Below the pieces are notes generated by a model. That model saw only the letters and a program-made list of their open reading frames with translations, did no database searches and had not been told where the DNA came from. Shown piece by piece: positions 38,843 through 49,620 of a DNA stretch of 64,000 bases. The position numbers and the translations under genes are program-made. Position 1 is the first letter of the stretch, and every line of letters begins with the position of its first letter. Source of the DNA: Spirochaetae bacterium HGW-Spirochaetae-1 (GTDB taxonomy: Bacteria; Spirochaetota; UBA4802; UBA5550); contig PGXY01000004.1 of assembly GCA_002839375.1 (NCBI GenBank), positions 277,817 to 341,816 on the forward strand, written 5' to 3'.

Positions 38843-41599
38843 ATGCTGGATTTAATACTGTATATACTGTTCGGGTCCAAATTTGAGAGAGAGATGAAGA
38901 GAATACGACCCATCGTCAATAGAATCAATTCCCTTGAAGCGGAAATGAAAAAATTGTCTTCCGATGAAATGAAAGCCAAAACCGGGGAATTCCGGGACAG
39001 GCTGAAAGGCGGAGCTAGCCTGGAGAGCCTGCTCCCCGAAGCCTTCGCTTTGGTACGTGAGGCTTCGGTGCGAACTCTGGGCATGCGGCCATTTGATGTG
39101 CAGCTCATCGGGGGAATCGTTCTGCACGAAGGCCGTATCGCCGAGATGAAGACCGGTGAGGGCAAAACACTGGTGGCTGTCATGCCGGCCTACCTGCATG
39201 CCCTGACGGACGAGGGCGTTCATATCATCACGGTAAATGACTATCTTGCCCGCCGGGATGCGCAATGGGTGGGGAGGATATACACGTTTCTCGGCCTCTC
39301 GGTCGGCGTCATCCAGCAGGATATGGATGTCCGCCAGCGGCAGATTGCCTATAACTGTGATGTCGTATATGGCATGAACAGCGAGTTCGGCTTTGATTAT
39401 CTGCGCGACAACATGGCGGTATCGAGGGCATACCGCGTGCAGCGCGGCCATGTGTATGCGATCGTCGATGAAGTTGATTCAATTCTCATAGACGAGGCCC
39501 GGACTCCCCTCATAATTTCCGGACAGGCCCCTGATTCTCAGAAGAACTATATCCTGGCCGACGGCATTGTTTCCAGGCTGAAGCCGGGAGCGGATTACGA
39601 AATCAGGGAAAAAGAGCATACTGCACTGTTCACTGAAGAGGGTGTCAGGCGCGCCGAAGGTATGCTGCATGTTGATAATTTATATGACGTCGATAACTTA
39701 GGGCTTGTTCATTGCATCGGCCAGGCACTCAAAGCACATGGCCTCTTTAAGCGTGACGTAGATTATATTGTCGAAGGGGGCCAGGTTCTCATAGTAGACG
39801 AATTCACGGGGCGCGTTATGGCAGGACGCCGTTATTCCGACGGACTCCACGAGGCGCTGGAAGCCAAGGAGGGCGTAAAAATAGCCCGTGAGACCATGAC
39901 GCATGCCACGATAAGTTTTCAGAACTATTTCCGAATGTACAAGAGACTTGCCGGCATGTCGGGCACGGCGGATTCTGAAGCCTTCGAGTTCAGAATAATT
40001 TATAATCTTGATGTGGTCGTTATACCGACAAATGAGCCCATGATACGGAAGGACCATACGGACCAGGTATTCATGACCGAGGCTGAAAAATTCGAAGCAG
40101 TGGCCCGTGAAATCGGAGATATGGCTAACAAGGGACGGCCTGTACTGACAGGAACGGTCTCCGTGGAGAAATCGGAAAAACTCTCACGAATCCTGAAAAG
40201 CAGGGGCATCCGTCACAATGTCCTTAACGCAAAGAATCATGAAAGAGAAGCGGCTGTCATAGCTGAAGCAGGGAGACCCGGGGCAGTTACTATCGCCACC
40301 AACATGGCGGGCAGGGGGACGGACATCGTTCTGGGAGGAAGCAGGACGTATATCGATGAACTGGAGGCGTATGAACCGGTTATTGATAAGGCCGCCTGGG
40401 ATGATTTCCGGGGACTGGTTTTAAAGGATGACTTAGACGCGGCAGTGGCTGTCTATGACAGGATGCCCGGCGAGGAACGGCAGAAAGCCGAAGAGATCAT
40501 TAAGAAGGCCTATGAATGGGACGGGAATCACCGCGCGGTTGTCGAGGCCGGCGGGCTTCACATCATAGGCACTGAACGCCATGAAGCAGGCCGTGTGGAC
40601 AACCAGCTGCGGGGCCGGTCCGGCCGTCAGGGGGACCCAGGTTCATCACGCTTTTTTATTTCCCTGGATGACAGCATTGTGCGGATATATGGAGCGAAGG
40701 ATCTGCCGCATGTGTTGAAGGGAATAACGGCGGTGAAGGGAGAATCGATATGGAGCAGTGATGTTTACCGGTTGATTGAAAAGGCTCAGAAAGGCGTGGA
40801 AAAAAGAAATTTTGAGATACGGAAGCATCTGCTTGATTATGATGAAATAATGAATACGCAGCGGCTCTATATCTATGGTCTCCGCGACAGAATCATTGAC
40901 GGGAATGATATTTCCGGCGATGTTATGCGTCAAATAAAGGATCTCTGCAGAAGAGAATTTGAGCCGTATCTTGATAATAAACATAATAACCATGTCGTAT
41001 ATGAGGAAATAGATCGCTGGCTCAGGTCCATGCTCGGTCTGGATATGGCGGCATTATCCATTCTTCCCGATAGTCTCACCATGGAGGAACTATCGGGCAT
41101 AATTGAAGAAAGGATCATAAGGCAGTATGCAGAAAAGAAGGAGGCGCTGGGCGCCGGCGTACTGAGCCGTGTTGAGGGAATGATAACCCTGCGGACCATT
41201 GACGCTTTATGGGTAGAGCACCTGCTGGCTATGGATGAGCTACGGGAGGGAATCTGGACCGCAGGGTACAGCGAGCGCGATCCCCTGGTAGAATACAGGA
41301 TACAGGGATCACTGCTTTTTGACCAGGTTATGCGGAATATTGAACAGGGAGTCGTTCAATTTATACTCAGGATGCCCGCGGAAGCAATGGCGGAAATGGC
41401 CCGGCAGGATACCGGTGACGGGACGGGCGATGTGGAATTCACAGGTAAGGAGTATGCGTCGGATAACAAGAAGATGAAATATTCCGAGGGCAGTTATGCC
41501 GGTGATAAAGAGCCGGGGAAGGGGAATAGTGGCAACAAGGTCCGTATTACCACGGGAGGCGTTGAGCGGAAAAGCTCCCGGCGGGCGAAACGGCGGTGA
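38843..41599 (+). CDS. secA: Preprotein translocase SecA (divergent copy)
   Basis: MKTGEGKT, DEVDSILIDEARTPLIISG, ATNMAGRGTDI, QLRGRSGRQGDPG; start after AGGAAG. Confidence 0.93.
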   Translation: MLDLILYILFGSKFEREMKRIRPIVNRINSLEAEMKKLSSDEMKAKTGEFRDRLKGGASLESLLPEAFALVREASVRTLGMRPFDVQLIGGIVLHEGRIAEMKTGEGKTLVAVMPAYLHALTDEGVHIITVNDYLARRDAQWVGRIYTFLGLSVGVIQQDMDVRQRQIAYNCDVVYGMNSEFGFDYLRDNMAVSRAYRVQRGHVYAIVDEVDSILIDEARTPLIISGQAPDSQKNYILADGIVSRLKPGADYEIREKEHTALFTEEGVRRAEGMLHVDNLYDVDNLGLVHCIGQALKAHGLFKRDVDYIVEGGQVLIVDEFTGRVMAGRRYSDGLHEALEAKEGVKIARETMTHATISFQNYFRMYKRLAGMSGTADSEAFEFRIIYNLDVVVIPTNEPMIRKDHTDQVFMTEAEKFEAVAREIGDMANKGRPVLTGTVSVEKSEKLSRILKSRGIRHNVLNAKNHEREAAVIAEAGRPGAVTIATNMAGRGTDIVLGGSRTYIDELEAYEPVIDKAAWDDFRGLVLKDDLDAAVAVYDRMPGEERQKAEEIIKKAYEWDGNHRAVVEAGGLHIIGTERHEAGRVDNQLRGRSGRQGDPGSSRFFISLDDSIVRIYGAKDLPHVLKGITAVKGESIWSSDVYRLIEKAQKGVEKRNFEIRKHLLDYDEIMNTQRLYIYGLRDRIIDGNDISGDVMRQIKDLCRREFEPYLDNKHNNHVVYEEIDRWLRSMLGLDMAALSILPDSLTMEELSGIIEERIIRQYAEKKEALGAGVLSRVEGMITLRTIDALWVEHLLAMDELREGIWTAGYSERDPLVEYRIQGSLLFDQVMRNIEQGVVQFILRMPAEAMAEMARQDTGDGTGDVEFTGKEYASDNKKMKYSEGSYAGDKEPGKGNSGNKVRITTGGVERKSSRRAKRR

Positions 41600-41717
41600 G
41601 AGACAATACCGACGGACCGGGGATATGTATGTGTGTACACTTCCCCGGCACCGGGGGGAAACAATGAGTACGGAAATATGCGGTCGATAACGAAAAAATG
41701 GTGTCGCATAACAAGAG

Positions 41718-43367
41718 TTAATTTCTGGAATGCATGAGTCTCAGAAGTTTATTTTCAAGGATTTTTTTATCGATGGGTTTTGAAATATAGTCGTCGCACC
41801 CATTGAGTATGAACCGCTCCTCGTCTCCCTTCATGGCATAGGCTGTCTGGGCTATAACGTGAATTCCCTTCATGGCCTCATTCCGCCGTATCCGCACAAG
41901 GGCTTCCTCGCCGCCCATGACCGGCATCTGCATGTCAAGCAGCAGGACATCATAGTCTTTGTCGGCGAGCATCTCCAGGGCTATTTTTCCGTTCCCGGCC
42001 ATGTCGCACCGGAATCCCAGCTTCTCGATCATCATTCGCAGTACGCGCTGATTGATTTCATTGTCTTCGGCTACGAGTATTTTCAGGTCATATATGGTTT
42101 CTGTTTTCGTTGAAGACGATTCTGGCGGCGGGACGGGCAAGGTGTCCCGGGTTTCCGAGCCGGGCATCCCGGGACGGCTTTCATCGTACTCCTCGACTGC
42201 TTCTGGCATGGGAATGGTGACGGAAAAAACTGATCCACTGCCCGGTACGCTTTCAACGGTGATGGAGCCTCCCATGAGCTGTATGAGCTGACGTGAAATG
42301 GCCAGCCCCAGACCTGTTCCGCCGAATCCGTTGCTGATGGTATCATGAGCCTGTTTGAAGGCCGTGAATATATCCTCCTGTTTTTCTTTTTCGATACCGA
42401 TGCCCGTATCTGCGATGGAAAAGGAGACAAGACCGTCAGAGTATTGAACCGTGATAGTGATACTGCCTTTCTCGGTGAATTTAAAGGCATTCCCCAGGAT
42501 ATTGAGAAGCACCTGCTTCAGGGAACGCTCATCACCAAGAACGGAAGAGGGCATCTCTTCAGGAAGCTTGATGAGATATGTCAGGCCTTTTTCGCGAGCC
42601 ATGGAATTGAACATTTCCTTGATGGATTTGAGCGTGTTAACGATATTGAAAGGCCTGTAGAGCAGATCATGCTTTCCCGCCTCGATTTTCGACAGGTCCA
42701 GAATACCGTTTATAAGCTCCAGGAGGATATTGCCTGATTTTTTCATGACTTCCAGGATATTGATTTTTGCCCGATCCGTTTCATCCTGGAGAAGTATATC
42801 GGTGAAGCCGATAAGGGCATTCATGGGTGTCCGGATCTCGTGACTCATGTTGGCGAGAAAGTGGCTCTTGGCCCGGTTTGCCTTTTCTGCCTCCAGCTTT
42901 GCCTCCAGGAGTTGCCGCTCAAATTTTTTATTATCGGTCATGTCGGTCATGAGACCCACAACGCACTGCGGTTCTCCCTGCTTGTCGCGCAGCAATACCG
43001 TTGTGCACAGGGTGGGCACCACGGTTCCTTCCTTGTTTATGAAGGAAAGCTCGCCGCGCCAGTACCCCGTTTCCAGTATTTCCTCAAAGGCCTTCTCCCG
43101 CTTTGATAATTCATCGGGGGGATAGTTATCGTGGAAATCCTTGCTGAGAAGCTCCTCTTTTGTATATCCTCTGAGTTGTTCATAGCTGCGGTTGACGAAA
43201 ATATACTTCCCGTTGATATCCTGGACCGCCACGGATTCCCTGGTCTCCTCAATAATTGCGGCATAGAGGTTCAGCCTTTCCAGGGTCAGCCGGGCATTAT
43301 CAACCAGGATGTCCATACTCTGAATGAGCTCGATGAGCTCCTTCTGCGTCATTTCTTCATATTTCAT
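41718..43367 (-). CDS. PAS hybrid sensor histidine kinase (PAS-HisKA-HATPase-REC)
   Basis: FLANMSHEIRTPM, NAFKFT, GGTGLGL, LLDMQMP. Confidence 0.93.
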   Translation of the reverse strand: MKYEEMTQKELIELIQSMDILVDNARLTLERLNLYAAIIEETRESVAVQDINGKYIFVNRSYEQLRGYTKEELLSKDFHDNYPPDELSKREKAFEEILETGYWRGELSFINKEGTVVPTLCTTVLLRDKQGEPQCVVGLMTDMTDNKKFERQLLEAKLEAEKANRAKSHFLANMSHEIRTPMNALIGFTDILLQDETDRAKINILEVMKKSGNILLELINGILDLSKIEAGKHDLLYRPFNIVNTLKSIKEMFNSMAREKGLTYLIKLPEEMPSSVLGDERSLKQVLLNILGNAFKFTEKGSITITVQYSDGLVSFSIADTGIGIEKEKQEDIFTAFKQAHDTISNGFGGTGLGLAISRQLIQLMGGSITVESVPGSGSVFSVTIPMPEAVEEYDESRPGMPGSETRDTLPVPPPESSSTKTETIYDLKILVAEDNEINQRVLRMMIEKLGFRCDMAGNGKIALEMLADKDYDVLLLDMQMPVMGGEEALVRIRRNEAMKGIHVIAQTAYAMKGDEERFILNGCDDYISKPIDKKILENKLLRLMHSRN

Positions 43368-43566
43368 TTGAAAAATATAATATCATGGTACTTTTTCTTT
43401 TGCAAGCAGATAAGGCCGGTTTTTAGGTGGGTTTCAGATACATTAACTCACCGTATCGCTGGCTCCCGGGCCTGGAGTAAAATGGACTTATATATAAAAA
43501 CGGGGTATATTCAGGTTGAAACAGCTAATTATTTCCTGTATTCTGAAAAATAGTTGATAAAAATAA

Positions 43567-43602
43567 TATATACTACTAAATAGACCAAAATGGTAGTATA
43601 TA
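43567..43602. promoter_or_regulatory. Inverted repeat upstream of cysK, candidate Rrf2 operator
   Basis: TATATACTAC-N16-GTAGTATATA immediately before the cysK RBS; Rrf2 gene ends the operon. Confidence 0.55.
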
Positions 43603-43615
43603 AAAGGAGGCATTT

Positions 43616-44551
43616 ATGAAAATTGCTGATAGTATTGTGGATTTAATTGGTAATACACCTCTGGTAAAAATAAACGCTCTCAATAACGGCGGATACGCAC
43701 GGGTAGCGGCCAAGCTGGAATGGTTCAATCCCCTATCAAGTGTCAAGGACCGCATCGGCTTTGCCATGATTGATGCCGCTGAAAAAAAAGGCATTTTGAC
43801 GAAAGAATCAGTCATCATTGAACCCACAAGCGGGAATACGGGCATAGCCCTGGCCTTTGTAGCGGCAGCCAAAGGCTATCGCCTCATACTGACCATGCCT
43901 GAGACCATGAGCGTGGAACGCCGGAAGCTCCTGAAAGCGCTGGGTGCTGAAGTGGTTCTCACCGATGGATCGAAGGGAATGAAGGGGGCGATCGCGAAAG
44001 CGGAAGAGCTGGTAAAGGAATTACCGAAGGCATATATGCCGCAGCAGTTTAATAATCGGGCAAACCCGGAGATTCACCGGCAAACCACCGCAGAAGAGAT
44101 ATGGAACGACACCGATGGACAAATTGATATTATTGTGGGCGGCGTCGGAACGGGCGGCACGCTTACCGGTATAGGAGAGGTGATAAAACAGCGGAAGTCT
44201 TCCTGCAGGGTTGTGGCGATCGAACCGGAAGGCTCCCCTGTCCTGTCGGGCGGGCAGCCGGGTCCTCATAAGATCCAGGGTATCGGTGCGGGATTTGTAC
44301 CCGAAGTGCTGAACACGGCAATCATAGATGAAATAATACGGGTGCGAGAAACTGACGCCGGAATTGTGGCTCGCCGCCTCGCTAAAGAGGAAGGGCTCCT
44401 CGTGGGCATATCCTCCGGTGCGGCCATCTGGGCCGCGCTTCAGCTGTCCCTGCGTGAGGAGAATAGAGGAAAGCTTATAGTAGCTATCAGTCCCAGTTCC
44501 GGAGAACGGTATCTCAGTACCTGGCTCTTCGATGAACCGGATGCGGAATGA
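43616..44551 (+). CDS. cysK: Cysteine synthase A
   Basis: [37 protein letters not shown]. Confidence 0.96.
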   Translation: MKIADSIVDLIGNTPLVKINALNNGGYARVAAKLEWFNPLSSVKDRIGFAMIDAAEKKGILTKESVIIEPTSGNTGIALAFVAAAKGYRLILTMPETMSVERRKLLKALGAEVVLTDGSKGMKGAIAKAEELVKELPKAYMPQQFNNRANPEIHRQTTAEEIWNDTDGQIDIIVGGVGTGGTLTGIGEVIKQRKSSCRVVAIEPEGSPVLSGGQPGPHKIQGIGAGFVPEVLNTAIIDEIIRVRETDAGIVARRLAKEEGLLVGISSGAAIWAALQLSLREENRGKLIVAISPSSGERYLSTWLFDEPDAE

Positions 44552-44602
44552 CCGATTTTCTGTGGTCGGGTTACAGAAATTATCATGCGAGGAGATTGTA
44601 TC

Positions 44603-45886
44603 ATGTCCGAAAGAAAATATCGTTTTGAAACCCTGGCTCTTCACGCGGGGCAGGTTCCTGACCCGACTACGCTGTCCAGGGGCGTTCCGGTGTACCGGAC
44701 AAGCTCCTATGTGTTCAAAAACACGGAACACGCCGCGAATCTTTTTGCCTTGAAGGAACTGGGAAACATCTACTCAAGGCTCACGAATCCCACCAATGCC
44801 GTATTGGAGGATCGTGTGACGGCACTCGAAAGCGGTGCCGCATCGGTGGCACTGGCTTCGGGCACGAGCGCCATTCATTACGCCGTCATCAATCTTACCG
44901 GCCAGGGCGATGAGATCGTGGCAGCGAACAATCTCTACGGCGGCACCTACACCATGTTTGATGCTATTTTTCCGCAGTTCGGCATAACCACGAAGTTCGT
45001 TGACCCCAGGGACCCGAAAAATTTCGAGAAGGCAATCACGGCAAAGACGAAGCTGATATTCATTGAAACAATCGGCAACCCGGCCCTTGATTTTACCGAC
45101 GTAAAGGCCGTGGCTGATATCGCCCATGCCCATGGTCTCCCTCTCGTTGTGGACGCCACATTTACGACGCCGTATCTGTTGCGGACCATTGAGCACGGCG
45201 CCGATATCGTTATTAATTCCCTGACAAAATGGATCGGCGGGCACGGGTCGGCCATCGGCGGTATTGTGACCGATTCGGGGAAGTTCAACTGGAAAAGCGA
45301 CAAGTTCCCGCTCTTCAACGAACCGGACACCAATTATCACGGCCTGAGATGGGCCCATGATCTTCCTGAACCGCTGGCATCCATTGCCTATGCACTTCGC
45401 CTGCGCACGGTCCCCCTGCGGAACCTGGGAGCGGCCATTTCCCCTGACAATGCCTGGATTTTCATCCAGGGCGTGGAGACTCTGCCGATCCGTATGCAGC
45501 GGCACAGCGAAAACGCCTTGAAAGTAGCGGAATTTCTGAACAATGACAAACGGGTCGAATGGGTGCGATACCCGGGCCTTCCCGGCGATCCCTCCCATGA
45601 TACGGCAAAAAAATATCTGAAACAGGGTTTCGGCGGCATGGTGGTCTTCGGTATCAGGGGGGGATATGACGCAGCAGTGAAGCTCATTGACGGGATAGAT
45701 CTCTTTTCGCATCTCGCCAATGTCGGCGACGCCAAAAGTCTCATTCTCCATCCCGCTTCCACGTCACATTCGCAGATGAGTGATGCGCAGCAGAGGGAAG
45801 GAGGACTGACCCCGGAACTCATCAGGCTCTCCATAGGCCTGGAGCACTCCGATGACATTATCGAAGCCCTGGACAGGGCGCTGTAG
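44603..45886 (+). CDS. metY: O-acetylhomoserine/O-acetylserine sulfhydrylase
   Basis: GNIYSRLTNPT, SLTKWIGGHG, HLANVGDAKSL. Confidence 0.9.
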   Translation: MSERKYRFETLALHAGQVPDPTTLSRGVPVYRTSSYVFKNTEHAANLFALKELGNIYSRLTNPTNAVLEDRVTALESGAASVALASGTSAIHYAVINLTGQGDEIVAANNLYGGTYTMFDAIFPQFGITTKFVDPRDPKNFEKAITAKTKLIFIETIGNPALDFTDVKAVADIAHAHGLPLVVDATFTTPYLLRTIEHGADIVINSLTKWIGGHGSAIGGIVTDSGKFNWKSDKFPLFNEPDTNYHGLRWAHDLPEPLASIAYALRLRTVPLRNLGAAISPDNAWIFIQGVETLPIRMQRHSENALKVAEFLNNDKRVEWVRYPGLPGDPSHDTAKKYLKQGFGGMVVFGIRGGYDAAVKLIDGIDLFSHLANVGDAKSLILHPASTSHSQMSDAQQREGGLTPELIRLSIGLEHSDDIIEALDRAL

Positions 45887-45966
45887 GGATTGCGGGAGGA
45901 ACCCTTTCCCGGCGATGCGGCAGTACCGGCATCGTCACCGGTTCCATATATATCAGGAGATTGGCG

Positions 45967-46398
45967 ATGAAACTCTCAACGAGAAGCAGGTACGGCGTAC
46001 GGATGATGCATGAACTGGCCCTTCACTATGAAGGGGAGCCGGTGATACTGAAGGATATAGCGGCACGGCAGGATATTTCCGAGAAATACCTTTCAAAGCT
46101 GGTCATTCCCCTGAAAGGGGCCAGCCTGGTGAATTCCGCCAGGGGAGCCCACGGAGGGTATACGCTGTCGCGCCATCCCTCAAAGATCACCCTCCTGGAG
46201 ATCGTAAAGATTCTTGAAGGAGGTATCACCCCCGTGGAATGTGTAAAAAATGAAAAGCTATGCGGAAGGTCCGGCTCATGTACGACGCGGGATGTCTGGT
46301 GCAGGCTTGACCGGTCAATATCGGGCTTTCTTGCGAGCGTCACCCTGGAGGACCTGGTTCAGGGAAGGGACTCCGGAACTTCGGCCTACTGTATTTAG
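45967..46398 (+). CDS. Rrf2 family regulator with three Fe-S-type cysteines
   Basis: STRSRYG, ISEKYL, RGAHGGY, C-x6-C-x5-C. Confidence 0.92.
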   Translation: MKLSTRSRYGVRMMHELALHYEGEPVILKDIAARQDISEKYLSKLVIPLKGASLVNSARGAHGGYTLSRHPSKITLLEIVKILEGGITPVECVKNEKLCGRSGSCTTRDVWCRLDRSISGFLASVTLEDLVQGRDSGTSAYCI

Positions 46399-46404
46399 GA
46401 TGAG

Positions 46405-46433
46405 TTCACAGGAAGAGCGCGAAGGCCGCGAAG
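46405..46433 (+). repeat. Repeat of three 9-bp units, family A, copy 3
   Basis: TTCACAGGAAG AGCGCGAAG GCCGCGAAG, starting a few bases after the Rrf2 stop. Confidence 0.8.
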
Positions 46434-46652
46434 AGGAAACCCCGGTAACGTTAATCTTGCAACATGGAAATCGAAAAAAGACATGCCTGTAAGGACTTTT
46501 AAATTCAAAATCACCCCTTTCCAGAACAGGAACTAAAAATAGTATTGAAAATTCCCCAATTTCTTTGTTATACTCTATTCATCTTCAGTATTGAGGTATC
46601 ATTCCGTTTCGCTTTTACGTAAAAGTGATAAACAGTTTTTCCGGAAAGAGGG

Positions 46653-48536
46653 GTGAAAATGGACACGAGTTTGAAAGTTCTCATGGTGGATGCCGCATCG
46701 GGATATTACCGCGTGAACCGGTACCGTGTGGGTGATTTCTTCGGTCCCGTAGATCTGGGCCTGCATCTTTCGGCAAAACATAACAGTCTGAATATAGGTG
46801 CCGGGCTTCTGGCCGGGTCCATTTTTCCCGGAACAAATCGTCTTATTTTTACGGGATTTTCCCCCTGCTGGGGGGGCTTTTTTATTTCATCCATGGGGGG
46901 CGCAGCCCTGGTCTTTGACAACCTGGGAATAAACCTTCTTTCCCTGACTGGAAGGGCGCCCGTGCCTTCGGTGATGTACCTGAACCGGCTCCACGGTGAG
47001 GAGGTGGAACTGGAACTTCGCCCCGTGGACCCTGCAGCGGTGTGGGGCCAGGGAAGGGGCGGCATCTATGCCATGATGGACCATGCCTACGGGCTCTTCG
47101 GCAACCGGTACGCCACAGACCCCCGCATTCTGGCCGTTGGTCCGGCTGCCCTGGCAACGGATTTCGGCGCCATCGCCTCGGTGCCTATCACAAAGGGTGA
47201 AATCAGCTGCGTGGACACCTGGGCGGGCCGCGGCGGATTCGGTACAAAAATGCTTCGGGAGCACAATATCGCCGCCATCATCTACGGCGGTACTGTCGTG
47301 GACGAAGACTTCCGCGACCGGAAGGTGGCTGACCAGTGGTTTGTGGACAAGTACGAGAAGCGCATCGCGGCCAAGGACATCGAGGCCACGGCGAAATACC
47401 GCTTCGTGGAAAAACTCGAAACGGGCGGCACCTTCGGCGTGAACTACGCCACGCTTGCCGGGGCCATGATCTCTTTCAATTACCGCAGCATATATATGAG
47501 CGAGGAGGAGCGTCTCCGTATCCATAAAGAGTTCGTCCTGGACCACTACCTGAAGCAGTTCAACGAAGAGACCATCAAAACGAAACAGCAGAAGACCTGC
47601 GGCGAGCCCTGCGGTGCCGTGTGCAAGAAGATGAACCATGAATTCAAAAAGGACTACGAGCCCTACCAGACCATGGGCCCCCTGTCGGGGATATTCGATC
47701 AGCGGGCCGCCGAGAAGCTGAACCATCACGCCGACCTGCTGGGATTCGACGGCATTTCAGCGGGAGGCGTTGTTGCCTGGCTCATGGAATGCCTGCATGA
47801 AAAATATATTATTCCCGAAGACCTGGGAATTACCGGCGTGCCGCGCTTTTCTCCCGAAGGCTTCGATGTGGTTGGGGACTCCATGCACAACGCTGAAATC
47901 GGCGTGGCTATCCTCGATGCCATTGTTGAAAGGAAAGGGGTCCTGGACTTCAGTGAAGGCGCGCGGAAATTCGCACGCAGACTTTCCCGGGAACGGGGCG
48001 GGGCGGTCATGGACTGTTTTGTGTATAATGCCTACGCAAGAACAGGGTGGATGGTGCCAAACCAGTACTGGACCCCGGGAGCCCTGTCGCCCATGGCCAT
48101 CATGGGGAAATATTACATGCATTACGGCAGCGAGTTTGTGCCGCCCCGGGAGCTGGGCCGGAAGAACGCCGACCGGTTTAAGAAGGAGCTCGTCATGGAC
48201 AACCTGGGCCTGTGCCGCTTCCACCGGGGCTGGGGCGAGGAGATGCTTCCCGAAATCATGGAATCCCTCTACGGCATGAAGGATGAGTATCTCTCCAGTA
48301 TCTCCTTTACCGCTGCGCGGATCAACAGCAGGAATTCATCAATTTACTGGGAGTCGAAACGCAATGTGGATTTTATCCACCGGTTCCTGAAAAGGAAACG
48401 CGATGTGGAAGGGAATAAAGATCCGGTACTGCAGACCTGGATTGAGTTCTTTGACCGCGACCCCGGCGAGGCCGCGCTTTCCTTCTGGTACGAGGTGCAC
48501 AAGGGGATTACGGAGTCATTAAGGGAGTTCCGGTGA
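46653..48536 (+). CDS. Aldehyde:ferredoxin oxidoreductase family, GAPOR-like
   Basis: GPVDLG, AGSIFPGTNRL, SSMGGA, WAGRGG.G, TGGTFGVNY, CGEPCGAVCKK, DYEPY and CRFHRGW motifs recalled from archaeal GAPOR. Confidence 0.82.
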   Translation: MKMDTSLKVLMVDAASGYYRVNRYRVGDFFGPVDLGLHLSAKHNSLNIGAGLLAGSIFPGTNRLIFTGFSPCWGGFFISSMGGAALVFDNLGINLLSLTGRAPVPSVMYLNRLHGEEVELELRPVDPAAVWGQGRGGIYAMMDHAYGLFGNRYATDPRILAVGPAALATDFGAIASVPITKGEISCVDTWAGRGGFGTKMLREHNIAAIIYGGTVVDEDFRDRKVADQWFVDKYEKRIAAKDIEATAKYRFVEKLETGGTFGVNYATLAGAMISFNYRSIYMSEEERLRIHKEFVLDHYLKQFNEETIKTKQQKTCGEPCGAVCKKMNHEFKKDYEPYQTMGPLSGIFDQRAAEKLNHHADLLGFDGISAGGVVAWLMECLHEKYIIPEDLGITGVPRFSPEGFDVVGDSMHNAEIGVAILDAIVERKGVLDFSEGARKFARRLSRERGGAVMDCFVYNAYARTGWMVPNQYWTPGALSPMAIMGKYYMHYGSEFVPPRELGRKNADRFKKELVMDNLGLCRFHRGWGEEMLPEIMESLYGMKDEYLSSISFTAARINSRNSSIYWESKRNVDFIHRFLKRKRDVEGNKDPVLQTWIEFFDRDPGEAALSFWYEVHKGITESLREFR

Positions 48537-48893
48537 GGGGATCACCTTTTAAAATATCCTGCTTGTAGCACCAGGCACATTGTAAGCGCTATTTACAATT
48601 TGCGCGGCTCCACTGTTTTATTGTTCGGGATAAATAATTGACATCTTATTCAGGGTATGCCAATTTTCTTGTTCCATGACAAGGGGGATGCCCGCGGTTG
48701 CACCCAGGGATTAAAGGTGAGAAGTAAATCAAACAAATGTGGATACTATATTACTAGTTGCATCTGTTGGACGTACTCCTGAATTTAGCAAAATCAACTT
48801 TTAACTTAAACCTGATAAAACTATTATCAGGCAAAGTAAATATTATGAATAATATTTTAGAGCCATTTTTTACATTATGAAGCATAAAGATAT

Positions 48894-49550
48894 ATGAGAA
48901 AATTTATATTATCAGAGAATCAGCTCCGTGTATTCCGGTTTATCATGATTCCCCTTGTTGTTATATTCATCGGGCTTTTTTTCTATGCAGAATATGAAGG
49001 AGAGAAAGAGGCACAAAAAATAATCGATGATTTCTTTCATTCAATTAGGAATATAAAAGCTGGAGATGTCCAAAAGATTTCGTTAATGAGCAGCGATGGA
49101 ATAAACAAATGTGAAATAACAATTATTAATCGAAAGGTTATTCAAGACTTCATCGAAAATATAACTCAAAGGACTGTAATAAGAGAAGATCATGCTGCTA
49201 GATTCTCATATAAGGTTGATTTAACATTAACATTTAAAGACAATTACCTGAGTTTTATGTTAAATAGTTCTCCAGTAAATAAGCTGACAACTGGTGCCAA
49301 TGATACTGTAGAAATTGCTTCATTTAAAAATGGTAATTTTACTATTGAGGACTATTTTGGTATTGATAATTATTATAAGTTTAATAAAACAATATCTGAG
49401 ATTTTTATGAAATATGGTGGTGATTTATCTGGTAATATCAGAAACGACTCCCTCTTACCCTTCATAGAAAAATACATCAAGGAACCCATGCGCAACAAGA
49501 CCATCAAAGATGAAAACGGCGTCAGCATCCGTTGCGTGGAGCTGGAATAA
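48894..49550 (+). CDS. AT-rich membrane-anchored hypothetical protein
   Basis: 218-aa ORF with N-terminal TM; composition unlike its neighbours. Confidence 0.65.
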   Translation: MRKFILSENQLRVFRFIMIPLVVIFIGLFFYAEYEGEKEAQKIIDDFFHSIRNIKAGDVQKISLMSSDGINKCEITIINRKVIQDFIENITQRTVIREDHAARFSYKVDLTLTFKDNYLSFMLNSSPVNKLTTGANDTVEIASFKNGNFTIEDYFGIDNYYKFNKTISEIFMKYGGDLSGNIRNDSLLPFIEKYIKEPMRNKTIKDENGVSIRCVELE

Positions 49551-49620
49551 TATCATATATATCATGGAGTCTTACATACGCAAAAACGGGAAAAAATTTT
49601 ATTTCGAAAGATAAATAAAT

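Noticed and set aside
48650..48730. GC-rich stretch after a TTGACA, considered as an ncRNA or riboswitch
   Set aside because: No recognisable family motif or convincing structure
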